DNA from: an uncultured bacterium
Lineage (GTDB): Bacteria; UBP4; UBA4092
NCBI GenBank assembly: GCA_963768165.1
Contig: CAVYHJ010000002.1
Span: 389,067-453,066, forward strand
Length of the DNA stretch: 64,000 nt
Direction: 5' to 3'
Shown: in pieces, positions 9,901 to 18,208 of the stretch
How positions within the stretch are numbered: the first letter of the stretch is position 1
Layout of the letters: every line of letters begins with the position of its first letter
Translations under genes and position numbers: made by a program
Notes under the pieces: generated by a model
The model's database searches: none
What the model saw: only the letters and a program-made list of their open reading frames with translations
What the model was told of the DNA's origin: nothing

Positions 9901-12228
9901 ATAGAGAACGGTTCCTGAATCTAAATCAATCCCTGCGGCGGCATACCTGAAAATACAATTCTGAATGATACTATTGGGACCTAAATTTTGACCGATTTCA
10001 ATACCAATAAAGTAACTATACAAACCATCGGCTCCCAAAGGGTGGGTCATCATATCCCCGGTCGCATAAATGGTATTAAATTCAATCCGGTTATTGGCAT
10101 GACCGTGAGCAATAATATTGGCGTAATTCCAGCTAAATAATTGTGAGATATTCGCTGAGACACTACGCCAAAAAGAAACCACCACACCCGGTAAGATAGT
10201 CAAGGTCGCACTATCCACACCACTCGTTCCAATTGTTAAAGTAGAATATGTACCGGAATTACCCACCACGACATCTACGGGGTCATAGTGATACCCAATA
10301 TCCACAATTCCCGTATTGCGAGGAACTTCCGACCACGTGGTGCTGGCGGTGATGGTGTTGGGCGCTTGAACCGGCGCAACTGTGGTCTTGTTTTGTAATC
10401 CATAATATGCGGCTGTGGTATCCCCTGCGCTAGTAGCCCCACTGACCGAAGGATTCAGATAATATGAACCATTGGCTGAAGTTGCATAAGGATTCGTATT
10501 GATTGACCCTTCTCCAGTGTTTTGACCGATAGAACCATAATAATTGGAATAATCTTGATAAAATTTGTTATAGGAATGTGCGTTCCCAAATCCGTTTACC
10601 GCGCTCAATCCGTAAAAACAGTTGGTGATTAAATTATTACGGCAATCGACAAAGGCACCGTTATATCCGAGGATGCCATTACCCGTACCTGCGCCATCCA
10701 CTGTATTATTCAGTGCCACCACATAGGCCACTGTATCATTGGCTATCGCATAAATTCCTGTAGGGAAAGAAATATATCGGGAGCCTGAATAGATGAGATT
10801 ATTCATTACGGTAATCCGACTATTGGTTCCGTTGAGGGATAAATATATTCCATTGGTAGAACATTGTTGGATGATATTATTTTGGATAGGGGTATTGAGA
10901 TTCGTGTAAATATCCAATCCATCGGTGGCATAGGCGATCTTACAATATTGAATCTGGCTACTGGCTGAAGCCCCTGATTGCAGAGAAATGGCGGTCCCGT
11001 AATCTCCACCTGTCGCTGTGCTGAAAGTGGTACTCACCGAATCACCCATTGTGGTATCTTTCCAACTGGTGAAGAGGACGTAATCGAAAGTGGTTCCAAC
11101 AGAAAGAATTTTTGCACCGGAAGGGACCGTAATCGAAGCACCGGAAGTATATTTACAGACCGTCCCTCCTTCAATCACCAAGGTCCACGGAGCACTAAGG
11201 GTATAGGTTCCACTGAGATAATAGGTATTCCCTGATTTCCAGACTTGATTACCCGTTTGTGTGCCTGTTTTAATGTTGTAATCCAAAGTAACCGGAAAGG
11301 AAGCCGATACCAAAAAACTATAAGGAATTCCCTCGACCAAATATGTGTGACCATTTTGTTGGTAGAGAAATTTGTACATCGTGATGGATTGTTTTACAGG
11401 ACTACTGTCAAAGGCGGGACTTTGCGCAACGTAACAGAGAGCTTGACCAGTTGAGGCATCCGCAAAATAAAAATCTTTTCCTTCACCGGACAGAAAACCG
11501 GATTGCAGTGTTTGTCCGGTATAATCCTGAATAGAACAGGCAAAAATCGAGGTGTCTATTTCGGTAACACTCACCAAATAAGCGGTTCGGGGATCCATTT
11601 GATAATGGCTGGGAGAAGGTAATGCTTGAAGACTTCTTACTATCAAGTTTTGTTGAAAAGAACCTTTGCCATAACAAAAAGACAAATCTATTCCCGGAAA
11701 GATATTGGTATAGGTCAAAGTATTGCCTTGGAGAGTGGGAGGAACCGCATTAATCGCACCCAGAGGTTGAAGGGTATTATTACCTTTATCGTAAAAAGCC
11801 AAATACCGCAAGCCCAATTGCATGATTTTCCCATTCACCGTATAACCAATCGGCCATTGGGTATCTAATCCAGCGCCGAATTGGATTTGATAAGGACCTT
11901 GCAGAGCTTGATAGGTTCCATTTTCGGTGGATTGAATACTCTCGACCGATACCTGCCAATTGTTGGCCGTATCCTGGAAACATAACCCATCGGCTTTTTC
12001 TGTTACAAAACGAGTAACCGTTACCTGGGACATCGCCATCGTTGTAACATCAACATCATCCACGACTTTTTGTATTTGCCAGACACGGGTGTTGGCGTTT
12101 CTCCCAGAAACGATTTCTGTGGGACTTCCTGCGGGTGGCGTACTTCCAACTACGCTGGCGATGGAAAAAGTGCACAGCGTCAACAAACATAAAATAAAAA
12201 AGCACGTTCTCTTACTGGATGTAGTCAT
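6982..12228 (-). CDS. giant secreted protein (1748 aa) with signal peptide, right-handed parallel beta-helix repeats, a glycoside-hydrolase-like barrel and the shared ~125-aa C-terminal module
   Basis: Signal peptide MTTSSKRTCFFILCLLTLCTFSIASVVG; many PbH1-type repeats (NNLIYSGSRYISF…, NNLITNCFYGLSAV…, NNTLVGNGSGWYGIYG…); GH-like segment (NGRLFEYEDGTPYFPMGF…); C-terminal …NEYNGFDDNMMNDHLARATIINQFNWAGITQW…DIVAIIKPE. Confidence 0.75.
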   Translation of the reverse strand: MTTSSKRTCFFILCLLTLCTFSIASVVGSTPPAGSPTEIVSGRNANTRVWQIQKVVDDVDVTTMAMSQVTVTRFVTEKADGLCFQDTANNWQVSVESIQSTENGTYQALQGPYQIQFGAGLDTQWPIGYTVNGKIMQLGLRYLAFYDKGNNTLQPLGAINAVPPTLQGNTLTYTNIFPGIDLSFCYGKGSFQQNLIVRSLQALPSPSHYQMDPRTAYLVSVTEIDTSIFACSIQDYTGQTLQSGFLSGEGKDFYFADASTGQALCYVAQSPAFDSSPVKQSITMYKFLYQQNGHTYLVEGIPYSFLVSASFPVTLDYNIKTGTQTGNQVWKSGNTYYLSGTYTLSAPWTLVIEGGTVCKYTSGASITVPSGAKILSVGTTFDYVLFTSWKDTTMGDSVSTTFSTATGGDYGTAISLQSGASASSQIQYCKIAYATDGLDIYTNLNTPIQNNIIQQCSTNGIYLSLNGTNSRITVMNNLIYSGSRYISFPTGIYAIANDTVAYVVALNNTVDGAGTGNGILGYNGAFVDCRNNLITNCFYGLSAVNGFGNAHSYNKFYQDYSNYYGSIGQNTGEGSINTNPYATSANGSYYLNPSVSGATSAGDTTAAYYGLQNKTTVAPVQAPNTITASTTWSEVPRNTGIVDIGYHYDPVDVVVGNSGTYSTLTIGTSGVDSATLTILPGVVVSFWRSVSANISQLFSWNYANIIAHGHANNRIEFNTIYATGDMMTHPLGADGLYSYFIGIEIGQNLGPNSIIQNCIFRYAAAGIDLDSGTVLYHRINDNVFYDCRDGIAAVDSYVRAENNLFLAGNNNQYQILLWTISSSNDNAILRNNTLVGNGSGWYGIYGVATTNITSNVDIRNNIVSRFSTGIYLTSGYIEGTVTNNNLYNNTLDYSGDPTNSNLITANPQFANSGSGSFDGYYLASTTGDASRFPLQISGVSGMSYSFASTPPRGVKITISSYANGLSGSTQLGYATTLNGGGWSYTSTGSGLGNILITLSAGANGWTICSTDSITLLFGSNSNQVCLPKVSVYEGQVWYWAALDGSSYRVNTGMTGIYEDAWYAMNYDSNGLVQSSYNHLGTSPLVHSGDTTVRAYGSTATNQTLDSGTVNIGYHYLDRGFIEVAQNGRLFEYEDGTPYFPMGFSAKYPIIEYQDNLSLPQEDNYLAWAKAHGFNSMARGFFENPPSPYGYPDNVTTWYTVETHDSTGNTIFSDATAIWMDQHLNELDKYQMTYWLGIFTLSGVAPDSANWVAANPRSQYNFWYSGSNILYGSVTSPGQVLSEQTAIITAETTLQYYIDHWGDRAGIVLWDPMPELNYIGDISTTSAVNDSIKENWVTQIAGFIKNYELQKWGHGHIVSVSSGASNPGPIGSDIDYPTARIRPMYAKSQGLDIAVPLSAVNTGNSTAYTKPIYFQHPLLDVVATHPVYVTVTTAPYGVVTTLPISFPLWIQATTAGPGSNWYDATSPQYLIDSACIEAGIDMFQTIKLAFSMETSSKPYICTFMGPGDYEGPWTLSPQYWGDTTYDNATGLSASAVNLVDRHINENLYDEYFHFMGWANIASGAAGEGYHYGMYVNNKFASTFPGNVTYLTQYTTLPPYYVNEPPYLNEYNGFDDNMMNDHLARATIINQFNWAGITQWVNQNGSTGRISFSGTSSESIVPIYSGDSQNLLIWLIQDSRSLYQTPPPLANTYMQISAFPPGSYQLTWYNSTTGVSVSTTVNLTWNSYTDVESTPIPTFFRDIVAIIKPE

Positions 12229-12272
12229 GAGGCTTAGCCCTCATTTTTGTCCTTTCTACTTTAATGCGATAT

Positions 12273-12300
12273 ATTATAAACCCAATTTCGATTCTGTCAA
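12273..12300 (-). promoter_or_regulatory. candidate sigma-70 promoter for the giant-protein/Kelch gene string
   Basis: On minus strand: TTGACA (12295-12300) - 17/18 nt - TATAAT (12273-12278), ~45 nt upstream of ATG 12228 which is preceded by GAGGG. Confidence 0.45.
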
Positions 12301-12680
12301 TCCTGGAATGTGCAAAAAACTGCCCGAAAGTGAAATTATTTTTGGATTTAGAGTTAAAAAAGGAAAAGAGTTTATTCCTAACCCTTATAAAGGTGAATTC
12401 CCTTGAGAAAATTGGATTTCTTACAAGGTACGCCAATTTGGCATAGCTAAATTTGCGATTTAAGGGGGTTAAAATGATTCAAAATTGGGTCCAGGTTATC
12501 TCCGTACCATCACCGTACCAAGTCCGTATCATCTCCCAATGAAGAAAAGTGAGGGAGCGGTTCGGGGCATGATTTAAGATTCTTTCAGGTGAGTTTGTGG
12601 TTTCTGCGTCAATTTTGAGAGGTTTCTGAAGGTTTTAAAAGAGGAGGCGATAAATCTGGCTTTTTATAAGGGGGATATTG

Positions 12681-12723
12681 GGAGGTATACCCAGGAGGGT
12701 TTGACCCTCCTAGGTATACCTCC
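12681..12723. promoter_or_regulatory. long near-perfect hairpin/palindrome (19-bp stem, 1 mismatch, 5-nt loop) in divergent intergenic region
   Basis: ggaggtatacccaggaggg-tttga-ccctcctaggtatacctcc read directly from sequence. Confidence 0.6.
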
Positions 12724-12835
12724 GTACCTGAATCGGTTCTTTCGGGTGAAGGATGTCTACTAAATTGGCTTAGTTAGGGGGTACGTTATATTGCGGTAAG
12801 TTTCAGACTCCTTTTGTGTTGGATAAGACTCTTGA

Positions 12836-12864
12836 TTGTGATTCTGAATACTCTTCACTATAAT
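12836..12864 (+). promoter_or_regulatory. candidate sigma-70 promoter upstream of solute-binding-protein genes
   Basis: TTGTGA (12836-12841) - 17 nt - TATAAT (12859-12864); SBP1 start TTG 12930 preceded by GGAG. Confidence 0.4.
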
Positions 12865-12929
12865 AACACTCATAATGAATTCTGATTTCCTAACGTTAAT
12901 ATAAATGAGATAAGTTATCTGGAGTTGTA

Positions 12930-14219
12930 TTGACAAAAATATTCTTATACTTAATTATCACCCTGCCTGTATCTTTATTCCTGGTATCTTGTGGACAGAA
13001 AATCTCGACACAGAATAATATCGTTACCCTCCGGTTTGCCACCTGGGCTAGTGAAGATGAGGCTCCCCAGGAAAGAAAAATATTCGATGCTTTTGAAAAG
13101 ACCCATCCGAATATTAAGATAAAGGTGGTCTATTCACCCTATAATAATTTCTCGGAAAAAGTCCTTACCCTGACGGTTGGCGGGATTCCACCCGATGTCA
13201 TGTGGCTGAGAGATTTACCAACGTATGCCTCCCGAAATATCATCCGGGATATTACAGACCTTGTATATCATGACCCTTCCATTGATACTTCCAAATATTT
13301 CCCTCACGCCCTGGAAAAATGTTCCTATCGGGGAAGACTGTATGCCATGCCGAGGGATGTCTGTTGTTCTTTTTATGCCTATAACAGAAAGATGTTCGAT
13401 GAAGCACATCTCCCTTATCCTTCAGAAAATTGGACCTGGGACGATTTCCTTTATGATTGTAAAAAATTAACCAAAATTAAAAATGGCCGGGTGGTTCGAT
13501 TCGGCACTTCCTGGTTTTCGTTTAACGATGTGGCCAGCCAAAACGGCGGCGCGCAACTTAGCCCCGATGGGAAAGAATGCTGGATTACCAAACCTGAGTT
13601 CTATGAAGGTATCCAATGGTGGGAAGATTTGGCTCTTAAATATCATGTGGCTCCTAAAGGGTCTGAACTGGGCGGGATTGGCGGTGACCTTTTCCAAAAC
13701 CAGATTTGTGCGACGGCGGTCACTGGCCCATGGATGTTTGCCGCGTATCATAAAAATCTCAAATTCCCTTATGATATTGTTAATTTCCCCAAAGGAAAAG
13801 CCGGAAAGAAAACAGCTTTGTTATGTTTACCTATTGCCATCTCCACCAAAACCCCCTACTCCAAAGAAGCGTATGAACTCCTTAAATTCCTAACCTATAG
13901 TGAAGAAGCCCAATCTCTCCAGGCAAAACTGGGGCTCGCAACCCCCTCCCGAAAAGACCTGGCAATGTCCGATACTTATAAAAAACTGGAAATTATGCCA
14001 CCCCATGTGGATCTTTACCTGAAGTCTCTCCTGGAACAAACCTATGTCATGGGTGCTTATACTTATAGCCTGTCGGTTGAAGACCAGGTCAATGCCGCTC
14101 TCGAAATTGCCGGACTCGGTACCGTTAGTGTTCAACAAGCCATGGAATTGAAAAAACCACTCATTGATAAAATTATCCGAAAAGCTGTCATCCGAGACCA
14201 ACGTCTTGAACATTCTTAA
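12930..14219 (+). CDS. ABC transporter solute-binding lipoprotein (family 1, carbohydrate), paralog 1
   Basis: 429 aa; lipoprotein signal with LVSC lipobox; conserved sugar-SBP blocks shared with the next two ORFs (LTVGGIPPD…, ALPRDVCC…FYAYN…, WTWDDFL…LTK…GR…FG). Confidence 0.8.
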   Translation: MTKIFLYLIITLPVSLFLVSCGQKISTQNNIVTLRFATWASEDEAPQERKIFDAFEKTHPNIKIKVVYSPYNNFSEKVLTLTVGGIPPDVMWLRDLPTYASRNIIRDITDLVYHDPSIDTSKYFPHALEKCSYRGRLYAMPRDVCCSFYAYNRKMFDEAHLPYPSENWTWDDFLYDCKKLTKIKNGRVVRFGTSWFSFNDVASQNGGAQLSPDGKECWITKPEFYEGIQWWEDLALKYHVAPKGSELGGIGGDLFQNQICATAVTGPWMFAAYHKNLKFPYDIVNFPKGKAGKKTALLCLPIAISTKTPYSKEAYELLKFLTYSEEAQSLQAKLGLATPSRKDLAMSDTYKKLEIMPPHVDLYLKSLLEQTYVMGAYTYSLSVEDQVNAALEIAGLGTVSVQQAMELKKPLIDKIIRKAVIRDQRLEHS

Positions 14220-14240
14220 TAAGGAGTAAATATTTTTCCT

Positions 14241-15560
14241 ATGATATCGTTATCAAGAAAACAAAAAAAGAATTTACAATCTCTCATACTTCTTCTCATT
14301 ATCAATCTATTATTGGCATCCTGTACTTCTACCAAGATGGATAACCAGGACGATGTCACTCTCCAGTTCTGCACTTTTAATGGCGGGGAGAATTTCCAAT
14401 GGGACCAAAAAATTCTTGATAAATTTATGGAACTCCATCCCCATATTAAAGTTAAAAATCTCTATGCCCCTTGGGGAAGTTATACGGAAAAAGTACTGGT
14501 ATTAACCGTCGGCGGCATTTCCCCGGATGTTCTGTGGACTATTTCAGGAGATTTGCCTTTTTATGCCTCCCGGAATGTCATCATGGATTTAACGGATTTG
14601 GTCTATAAAGACCCGAGTATCGATACCAGTAAATATTTCCCCAACGCCTTAAATCTCTGCTCTTATAAAGGGAGACTATTTGCACTACCCCGGGATGTTT
14701 GTTGTTTATTTTATGTCTATAACAAAGACATGTTTGATAAAGACAAAGTCTCTTATCCCGATACCCAATGGACTTGGGATGATTTCCTGGCTATCACTAA
14801 AAAATTAACCAAAACCCAAAATGGCCGGATTGTTCAATTCGGGACAGGAAGCGGCAGCGGCGTTGCCTATTATTGGGACGATGTCGTTCATGAAAATAAT
14901 GCTGCTCCCCTCAGTCCTGACGGGAGAGAATCTTGGGTTACCCGACCGGAGTTCTATGAACCCATTCAATGGTGGCTTAATTTGTATCTCATTCATCATG
15001 TGGCACCTTCCTCCTCTGAAGCATCAGGGTTTGGTGGGGATTTATTTCAAAATGGTAAGGTTGCTACATCGATGACCGGACCATGGATTTTTACCGGGTA
15101 TAAAAGAGATCTTAAGTTTCGATACGATATTGTCAACATCCCTAGAGGTAAATATGGGAATAAAGTCAGCCTCCTAGGGTTGCCCATTGCTATCTCCAAA
15201 TATACCAAACACCCCAAAGAAGCGTACGAATTATTAAAGTTCTTAACCTATAGTGATATCGCGCAAACTATGCAAGCCCAAATGGGTATAGGTATGCCCT
15301 CCCGAAAAGATATAGCCATGTCCGATGTCTATTTGAAACAACCGGTCATACCTGAACATGTCAATCTCTATATGAAATCCATGTTGGAATATACCTATGT
15401 CCCCGATTCTCTCCCATATGCCAAACAGATTTATGACCAGATTAATGCGGGCATTGAACTAGCTCAACTGGGGAAAATGTCCGTCAAAGATGCCATGCAA
15501 CTCAAACAACCAATCATTCAGAAAATTATCAATAAATCTATAAAGAAAGGTGAACTCTAA
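14241..15560 (+). CDS. ABC transporter solute-binding lipoprotein, paralog 2
   Basis: 439 aa; signal + LASC lipobox; same conserved blocks as paralog 1. Confidence 0.8.
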   Translation: MISLSRKQKKNLQSLILLLIINLLLASCTSTKMDNQDDVTLQFCTFNGGENFQWDQKILDKFMELHPHIKVKNLYAPWGSYTEKVLVLTVGGISPDVLWTISGDLPFYASRNVIMDLTDLVYKDPSIDTSKYFPNALNLCSYKGRLFALPRDVCCLFYVYNKDMFDKDKVSYPDTQWTWDDFLAITKKLTKTQNGRIVQFGTGSGSGVAYYWDDVVHENNAAPLSPDGRESWVTRPEFYEPIQWWLNLYLIHHVAPSSSEASGFGGDLFQNGKVATSMTGPWIFTGYKRDLKFRYDIVNIPRGKYGNKVSLLGLPIAISKYTKHPKEAYELLKFLTYSDIAQTMQAQMGIGMPSRKDIAMSDVYLKQPVIPEHVNLYMKSMLEYTYVPDSLPYAKQIYDQINAGIELAQLGKMSVKDAMQLKQPIIQKIINKSIKKGEL

Positions 15561-15965
15561 ATTTATACCGGATAGTTTAAAATCCCAATGATAAATCAAT
15601 GGGTTATTTTCAGTCGTCCTTACAGGACTATAAACCCAATGATAAATCCCGTGCGCGGGAATGACGGTACAATTGAAAATATCATTTGTATTTCTTGAAT
15701 ATCTCCATTATAATAACCGCATTACAATCAATTGATTGAAATAGAAAATGATTTGTAATAAATCTGTTCGATTGGTGGTCTTTCATTCGAGAAGTTGAAA
15801 TCTTAAGTTCTTAGGCTGATATTTTGATTCACATCCCGACAGTATAAAATTCATTTCCTTAAATTGTCGTTAACAATCCAAGATACTCATTAACTGATTA
15901 TCATGTAAACTAAATTTTCTTGAACTCCGGTACATTATGAATGTTATAAAGATGATGGTTTAAGC

Positions 15966-17276
15966 TTGTTATCCATGTTAAAAGTTCTTTTCAAAAGCAT
16001 ACTAATTCTTTCTTTGGGATTGATTCTCGAATCCTGTGCCACGGAACAAACAGCCGATGATAATGTAATAACTCTGCGGATTTCAACCTGGGCCAGCAGC
16101 GGTGATTCTCCTCAGGAAATACAAATCTTTAAAGCCTATGAAGCCTCCCATCCTAATATTCGGATTAAAAATGTATACACCCCCTGGACAAATTATACGG
16201 AAAAAAACCTCGTTTTAACCGTAGGAGGTATTGCTCCAGACCTTATCTGGATGATTCCCACGGATCTCCCATCTTATGCCTCCCGCAATGTCATTATGGA
16301 TTTGACCCAGCAGGTGAGTAATGACCCGGAGATAGATACCACTAATTATTTCCCCCATGCCTTGGATCTTTGTTCTTACAAAGGAAGAATCTATGGTCTT
16401 CCGCGGGATGTTTGCTGTTGGTTCTATGCCTATAATAAAAGATTATTTGATGAATCGCATGTTCCTTATCCTACCGGTGATTGGACGTGGGATGATTTCC
16501 TTAAAACCTGTTCCAAACTCACCAAAGATAAACATCATTCCGGACATATTGACCAATTCGGAACAGCCTGGTGGTCTTATAATGACGCGGTGCGACAAAA
16601 CGGGGGTCAAGAACTTAGTCCCGATGGAACCCAATGTTGGATTACCAAACCGGAATTCTATGAGGCTATCCAATGGTGGGTCAATTTGGCTCTCAAATAT
16701 CATGTCGCCCCCAAAGGCTCCGAAATATCCGGGTTTGGCGGGGATTTATTCCAAAACCAGGTCAGTGCCATGACCCTGGCCGGTCCCTGGGTGTTTTCTA
16801 CGTATAAGAAAAATTTGAAGTTCCCTTATGATATTGTCAATTTACCCCGGGGGAAAGCTGGAAACAAAGCCATGTTATTGGGATTACCCATTGCTATTTC
16901 TACAAAAACCAAACATGCCAAAGAAGCCTATGATTTCTTAAAATTCTTAACCTATAGTAAAGAAGCTCAATCCCTTCAAGCCCAATTGGGGGTTGGAACA
17001 CCCTCCCGAAAAGATATGGCGATGTCTGATATCTATGTCAAACAACCAATCAATCCCAAACATATTGATTTATATCTTAAATCTATGATGGAATATACCT
17101 TTGTCCCGGAAGGGTTTACTTATTCCAAACTGGTGGGTGACCAAATCAATGCGGCTATTGAATATGCTCAATTGGGGGAAATGACTGCTAAACAAGCGAT
17201 GGAATTAAAAAAACCGTTTATCGATAAAATTATCCAAAAAGCCATAGAAAGGAATAAACACTTTGAAAAATCCTAA
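15966..17276 (+). CDS. ABC transporter solute-binding lipoprotein, paralog 3 (start TTG 15966 or ATG 15975)
   Basis: 436 aa; signal + LESC lipobox; paralogous to the two upstream SBPs. Confidence 0.8.
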   Translation: MLSMLKVLFKSILILSLGLILESCATEQTADDNVITLRISTWASSGDSPQEIQIFKAYEASHPNIRIKNVYTPWTNYTEKNLVLTVGGIAPDLIWMIPTDLPSYASRNVIMDLTQQVSNDPEIDTTNYFPHALDLCSYKGRIYGLPRDVCCWFYAYNKRLFDESHVPYPTGDWTWDDFLKTCSKLTKDKHHSGHIDQFGTAWWSYNDAVRQNGGQELSPDGTQCWITKPEFYEAIQWWVNLALKYHVAPKGSEISGFGGDLFQNQVSAMTLAGPWVFSTYKKNLKFPYDIVNLPRGKAGNKAMLLGLPIAISTKTKHAKEAYDFLKFLTYSKEAQSLQAQLGVGTPSRKDMAMSDIYVKQPINPKHIDLYLKSMMEYTFVPEGFTYSKLVGDQINAAIEYAQLGEMTAKQAMELKKPFIDKIIQKAIERNKHFEKS

Positions 17277-18186
17277 AAAGAAATCCTATTCAATTACCCG
17301 GCAGGAAACTATTGCCTGTTACCTGTTTATCTCACCCTGTATATTGGGCCTGCTCATTTTTACCCTGGGTCCCATGATTGCCTCATTTATTATTTCCTTT
17401 ACCGACTGGGATATTTTGACTCACCCCACTTGGATTGGTTTTGATAACTTTAGAGAAATATTTACCGATGACCCTACCTTCTATCACTCGTTGAAAAATA
17501 CCTTCTACCTGACTGCATTTTCAGTCCCCTTGGGTTTGGTCGGCTCTTTTCTTATGGCACTGTTATTAAATAATAAAGTACGCGGGATATCTTTTTTCCG
17601 AACGGCATTTTATCTCCCGGCCATTGTTCCAGCAGTCGCCAGTTCTATGTTATGGCTCTGGATACTCCAACCGGATTTCGGTTTACTCAATTCTTTCCTC
17701 CATTTTCTTCATTTACCCACTCCGGGCTGGATGGCTGACCCGGCTTGGTCTAAACCGGCTATCATTATCATGGGATTGTGGGGGATTGGAGGCGGTATGA
17801 TTATTTACCTGGCAGGGCTGCAGGGCATCTCCGAACAACTCTATGAAGCCGCTTCCATTGACGGGGCTAATGCCTGGCACCGGTTCTGGCATATTACCAT
17901 TCCGCAAATGTCTCCGGTTATCTTCTTTAACTTGATTGTCGGAGTTATTGGCGCTTTGCAGGTATTCACCCAGGCTTTCATTATGTCCAACGGTCTTGGC
18001 GGCCCGGCGGAATCTACACTATTTTATGTGTTCTATATTTATAACAAAGCCTTCCGGGAATTCCAGATGGGGTATGCCTGTGCTCTGGCGTGGATACTCT
18101 TTGTGATTGTGCTCATCATAACACTGATTCAATTTAAATTTATCGGTAAACGTGTCTATTATGAATATGGAACTGACATAAAATAA
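17263..18186 (+). CDS. ABC sugar transporter permease (MalF/UgpA-like)
   Basis: 307 aa, 6 TM; EAA-loop region EAASIDGANAWHRFWHITIP; 14-nt overlap with SBP3 stop. Confidence 0.8.
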   Translation: MKNPKKKSYSITRQETIACYLFISPCILGLLIFTLGPMIASFIISFTDWDILTHPTWIGFDNFREIFTDDPTFYHSLKNTFYLTAFSVPLGLVGSFLMALLLNNKVRGISFFRTAFYLPAIVPAVASSMLWLWILQPDFGLLNSFLHFLHLPTPGWMADPAWSKPAIIIMGLWGIGGGMIIYLAGLQGISEQLYEAASIDGANAWHRFWHITIPQMSPVIFFNLIVGVIGALQVFTQAFIMSNGLGGPAESTLFYVFYIYNKAFREFQMGYACALAWILFVIVLIITLIQFKFIGKRVYYEYGTDIK

Positions 18187-18208
18187 TTCTCTAAAAGGAC
18201 TTATATCC

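Noticed and set aside
7134-12406. Numerous 60-150-aa ORFs on both strands inside the giant-protein gene (e.g. 7828-8040, 9333-9599, 11960-12406)
   Set aside because: They overlap a long, motif-rich CDS and have low-complexity or biased composition. They are shadow ORFs.
13215-16773. Antisense and alternative-frame ORFs within the three SBP genes (13467-13751, 13483-13893, 14821-15075, 16357-16773 etc.)
   Set aside because: They are embedded in conserved SBP coding sequence, and the same artefactual ORFs recur in each paralog because the DNA is homologous.
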